From IMG/VR virus record IMGVR_UViG_3300022839_000018: a stretch of DNA of 55,149 nucleotides; one strand, given 5' to 3'. This document shows, in pieces, positions 53,090 through 55,149 of this stretch. Both the position numbers and the translations under genes were made by a program. The notes under the pieces were generated by a model, which did no database searches, was not told where the DNA came from, and saw only the letters and a program-made list of their open reading frames with translations. The first letter of the stretch is position 1; every line of letters begins with the position of its first letter. The stretch is from a virus.

Positions 53090-55012
53090 ATGTCAGTAAC
53101 CATCGACTACACAAAGGGTTTCTTTGAGCCATCGCCCGTTGCTGAGAAGGTGGGAACGATCACAGGCACAACTCTTGACCTCACGTCTGGTAACGTGTTT
53201 AGCTACACCCCTACGGCTGAAACTACGTTTGTGTTTAGCAACCCCCCTACGACGGGTACTGCCCTCGGATTTACGTTGGGGCTAACTGGCGCTGATGTGT
53301 CCGCTTCGTATGACATAGCTAATGCAGAGCCCCCTGTTTATGGGTACTTCAGTGTTGCTGCTCAAGAAACAGCTCCAACCGGCGTCTTCTTCAAACCTGA
53401 TGGCTTAAAGATGTATGTTATTGGGTATCTTGGAGACGATGTTAACGAGTATGACCTAAGCACGGCTTGGGATATAAGCACTGCGTCTTACTTGCAGAAC
53501 TTCAGTATTGCTGCTCAAGAAACAATTCCAAGAGGCATCTTCTTTAAACCTGACGGCACAAAGATGTACGTTCTTGGGCAAACAGGAGACGATGTTAACG
53601 AGTATGACCTAAGCACGGCTTGGGATATAAGCACTGCGTCTTACCTTCAGAACTTCAGTGTTTCCGCTGAAGAAGCAACTCCACAAGGCATCTTCTTCAA
53701 GCCAGATGGCACTAAGATGTACGTTGTTGGGTCCATTGGAGACGACGTAAATGAGTATGACCTAAGCACGGCTTGGGATGTCACTACGGCTAGTTACCTT
53801 CAGAACTTCAGTATTGCTGCTCAAGAAACAAGTCCAACAGGCATCTTCTTTAAACCTGACGGCACAAAGATGTACGTTCTTGGGCAAACAGGAGACGATG
53901 TTAACGAGTATGACCTAAGCACAGCTTGGGATATAACTTCAGCCAGTTACTTGCGGAACTTCAGTATTGCTGCTCAAGAAACAAGTCCACAAGGTGTCTT
54001 CTTCAAACCCGATGGCCTAAAGATGTATGTCGTGGCGGAAACAGGTGATGCAGTCTATTCCTACACCCTAAGCACAGCTTGGGACGTAAGCGCTGCCAGC
54101 TTTGATTTTCCCACTGAAGGGTACTTCAGTGTTGCTGCTCAAGAAACAGCTCCAACCGGCGTCTTCTTCAAGCCAGATGGCACAAAGATGTATGTTATTG
54201 GGTTCACAGGAGACGATGTTAACGAGTATGACCTAAGCACGGCTTGGGATATAAGCACTGCGTCTTACTTGCAGAACTTCAGTATTGCTGCTCAAGAAAC
54301 AATTCCAACAGGCATCTTCTTTAAACCTGACGGCACAAAGATGTACGTTCTTGGGCAAACAGGAGACGATGTTAACGAGTATGACCTAAGCACAGCTTGG
54401 GATATAAGCACTGCGTCTTACCTTCAGAACTTCAGTGTTGCTGCCCAAGAAACAACTCCAACAGGCATCTTCTTCAAACCCGATGGGACAAAGATGTATG
54501 TTATTGGGGCTATTGGGGATGGTGTCAATGAGTATGACCTAAGCACGGCTTGGGATATAAGCACTGCATCTTACTTGCGGAACTTCAGTGTTGCTGCTCA
54601 AGAAACAAATCCAACCGGCGTCTTCTTCAAGCCAGATGGCACAAAGATGTATGTTATTGGGTTCACAGGAGACGATGTTAACGAGTATGACCTAAGCACG
54701 GCTTGGGATATAAGCACTGCGTCTTACTTGCAGAACTTCAGTATTGCTGCTCAAGAAACAAGTCCACAAGGCATCTTCTTCAAGCCAGATGGCACAAAGA
54801 TGTATATTATTGGGCAATCAGGAGATGCAGTATGGCAATACTCCACAGGCTTTGTCGGAGATGCGACCTTCACATACCCTGCGTCTGTCGAGTGGGCAGC
54901 AGGTACACCCCCTACCTCCCCTGCTGATGGTGATACAGACCTACTGACATTCCTCACGCAAGATGGCGGCACAACTTACTACGGACGCTTGATAGGCGAC
55001 AACTTCAGCTAA
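53090..55012 (+). CDS. Beta-propeller repeat protein (640 aa), probable receptor-binding tail protein
   Basis: Ten repeats of FS(V/I)AAQET.P.G(I/V)FFKPDGTKMYV.G..GD.VNEYDLSTAWDISTASYL(Q/R)N, similar to YVTN/TolB-type propeller blades. Confidence 0.7.
   Translation: MSVTIDYTKGFFEPSPVAEKVGTITGTTLDLTSGNVFSYTPTAETTFVFSNPPTTGTALGFTLGLTGADVSASYDIANAEPPVYGYFSVAAQETAPTGVFFKPDGLKMYVIGYLGDDVNEYDLSTAWDISTASYLQNFSIAAQETIPRGIFFKPDGTKMYVLGQTGDDVNEYDLSTAWDISTASYLQNFSVSAEEATPQGIFFKPDGTKMYVVGSIGDDVNEYDLSTAWDVTTASYLQNFSIAAQETSPTGIFFKPDGTKMYVLGQTGDDVNEYDLSTAWDITSASYLRNFSIAAQETSPQGVFFKPDGLKMYVVAETGDAVYSYTLSTAWDVSAASFDFPTEGYFSVAAQETAPTGVFFKPDGTKMYVIGFTGDDVNEYDLSTAWDISTASYLQNFSIAAQETIPTGIFFKPDGTKMYVLGQTGDDVNEYDLSTAWDISTASYLQNFSVAAQETTPTGIFFKPDGTKMYVIGAIGDGVNEYDLSTAWDISTASYLRNFSVAAQETNPTGVFFKPDGTKMYVIGFTGDDVNEYDLSTAWDISTASYLQNFSIAAQETSPQGIFFKPDGTKMYIIGQSGDAVWQYSTGFVGDATFTYPASVEWAAGTPPTSPADGDTDLLTFLTQDGGTTYYGRLIGDNFS
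53348..54853 (+). repeat. Ten tandem 153-bp coding repeats organised as two 777-bp super-repeats (53348 and 54125)
   Basis: Unit starts fall at 53348, 53501, 53654, 53807, 53960, 54125, 54278, 54431, 54584 and 54737. Units 1-2 and 6-7 are nearly identical at the DNA level. Confidence 0.9.
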
Positions 55013-55025
55013 ATAGGAGCATTAA

Positions 55026-55149
55026 ATGCACGTTAAGATCACAAACGACCAGCCCGTAGAATTTCCCTACACAATCGGGCAATTTCGTCGTGACCACCCT
55101 AAGACTAGCTTTCCTCGCATCATTCCTGACACGATGCTGAAGCGCCATC
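55026..55149 (+). CDS. 5' part of the tail-fibre assembly/chaperone-like gene that continues at base 48 of the window
   Basis: ATG at 55026 preceded by AGGAG. The frame is continuous through the 47-bp overlap into ORF 32..439. Confidence 0.55.
   Translation, partial: MHVKITNDQPVEFPYTIGQFRRDHPKTSFPRIIPDTMLKRH
55103..55149. repeat. Terminal overlap, duplicate of bases 1-47
   Basis: 47/47 identical. Confidence 0.95.

Noticed and set aside
53348-54853. Regular 153-bp repeats as a possible CRISPR-like or satellite array
   Set aside because: The repeats are contiguous without spacers, in frame and encode a coherent blade motif, so they are purely coding tandem repeats.

Overview
This window is a complete phage genome. 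Its two ends share an identical 47-bp overlap that falls inside a gene, so it is a circularly closed contig of about 55.1 kb.

Architecture: two divergent transcription arms leave a roughly 0.96-kb non-coding hub (30147-31104). They converge on a bidirectional terminator at 10569-10598.

Minus arm (30146 down to 10620):
- about 15 small early ORFs
- a SleB-like cell-wall hydrolase, a DUF932 protein and an Hjc-like nuclease
- a tyrosine integrase, a zinc-ribbon/TOPRIM primase and a DnaB-like helicase
- a T5orf172-like protein and a ThyX-like enzyme
- a family-A DNA polymerase carrying a DnaJ-type zinc-finger insertion
- a gp2.5-like SSB, a Cas4/RecB-like exonuclease and a T7 endonuclease I-like resolvase
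- a class II-like RNR and MazG

Plus arm (31111 to 55149, wrapping round to 10564):
- tiny lysine-rich proteins, including a DUF1127 protein
- a lysis cassette, TerS/TerL, portal, scaffold and capsid
- tail tube proteins, a 1548-aa mosaic fibre, a 10-repeat beta-propeller protein and a fibre chaperone
- a separately promoted block of giant virion proteins

I saw no phage RNA polymerase, tRNA, rRNA or CRISPR array, but this was by eye only.

The gene order and the polymerase insertion resemble HMO-2011-type marine podoviruses. Several proteins hint at an alphaproteobacterial host. Both statements are inferences from memory, not from a search.

Most notable observations:
1. A family of 22-23-bp near-perfect palindromes sits in the first 2 kb of the early arm. 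They are conserved at wobble positions inside unrelated ORFs, and a compensated variant lies in the control hub.
2. A protein with an exact EF-hand loop and two TM segments heads the lysis cassette.
3. The phage encodes a DUF1127 protein and a possible ArfA-like protein.
4. The propeller gene consists of near-identical 153-bp repeats arranged as 5+5.
5. Consensus sigma70-type promoters are seen only on the plus strand.
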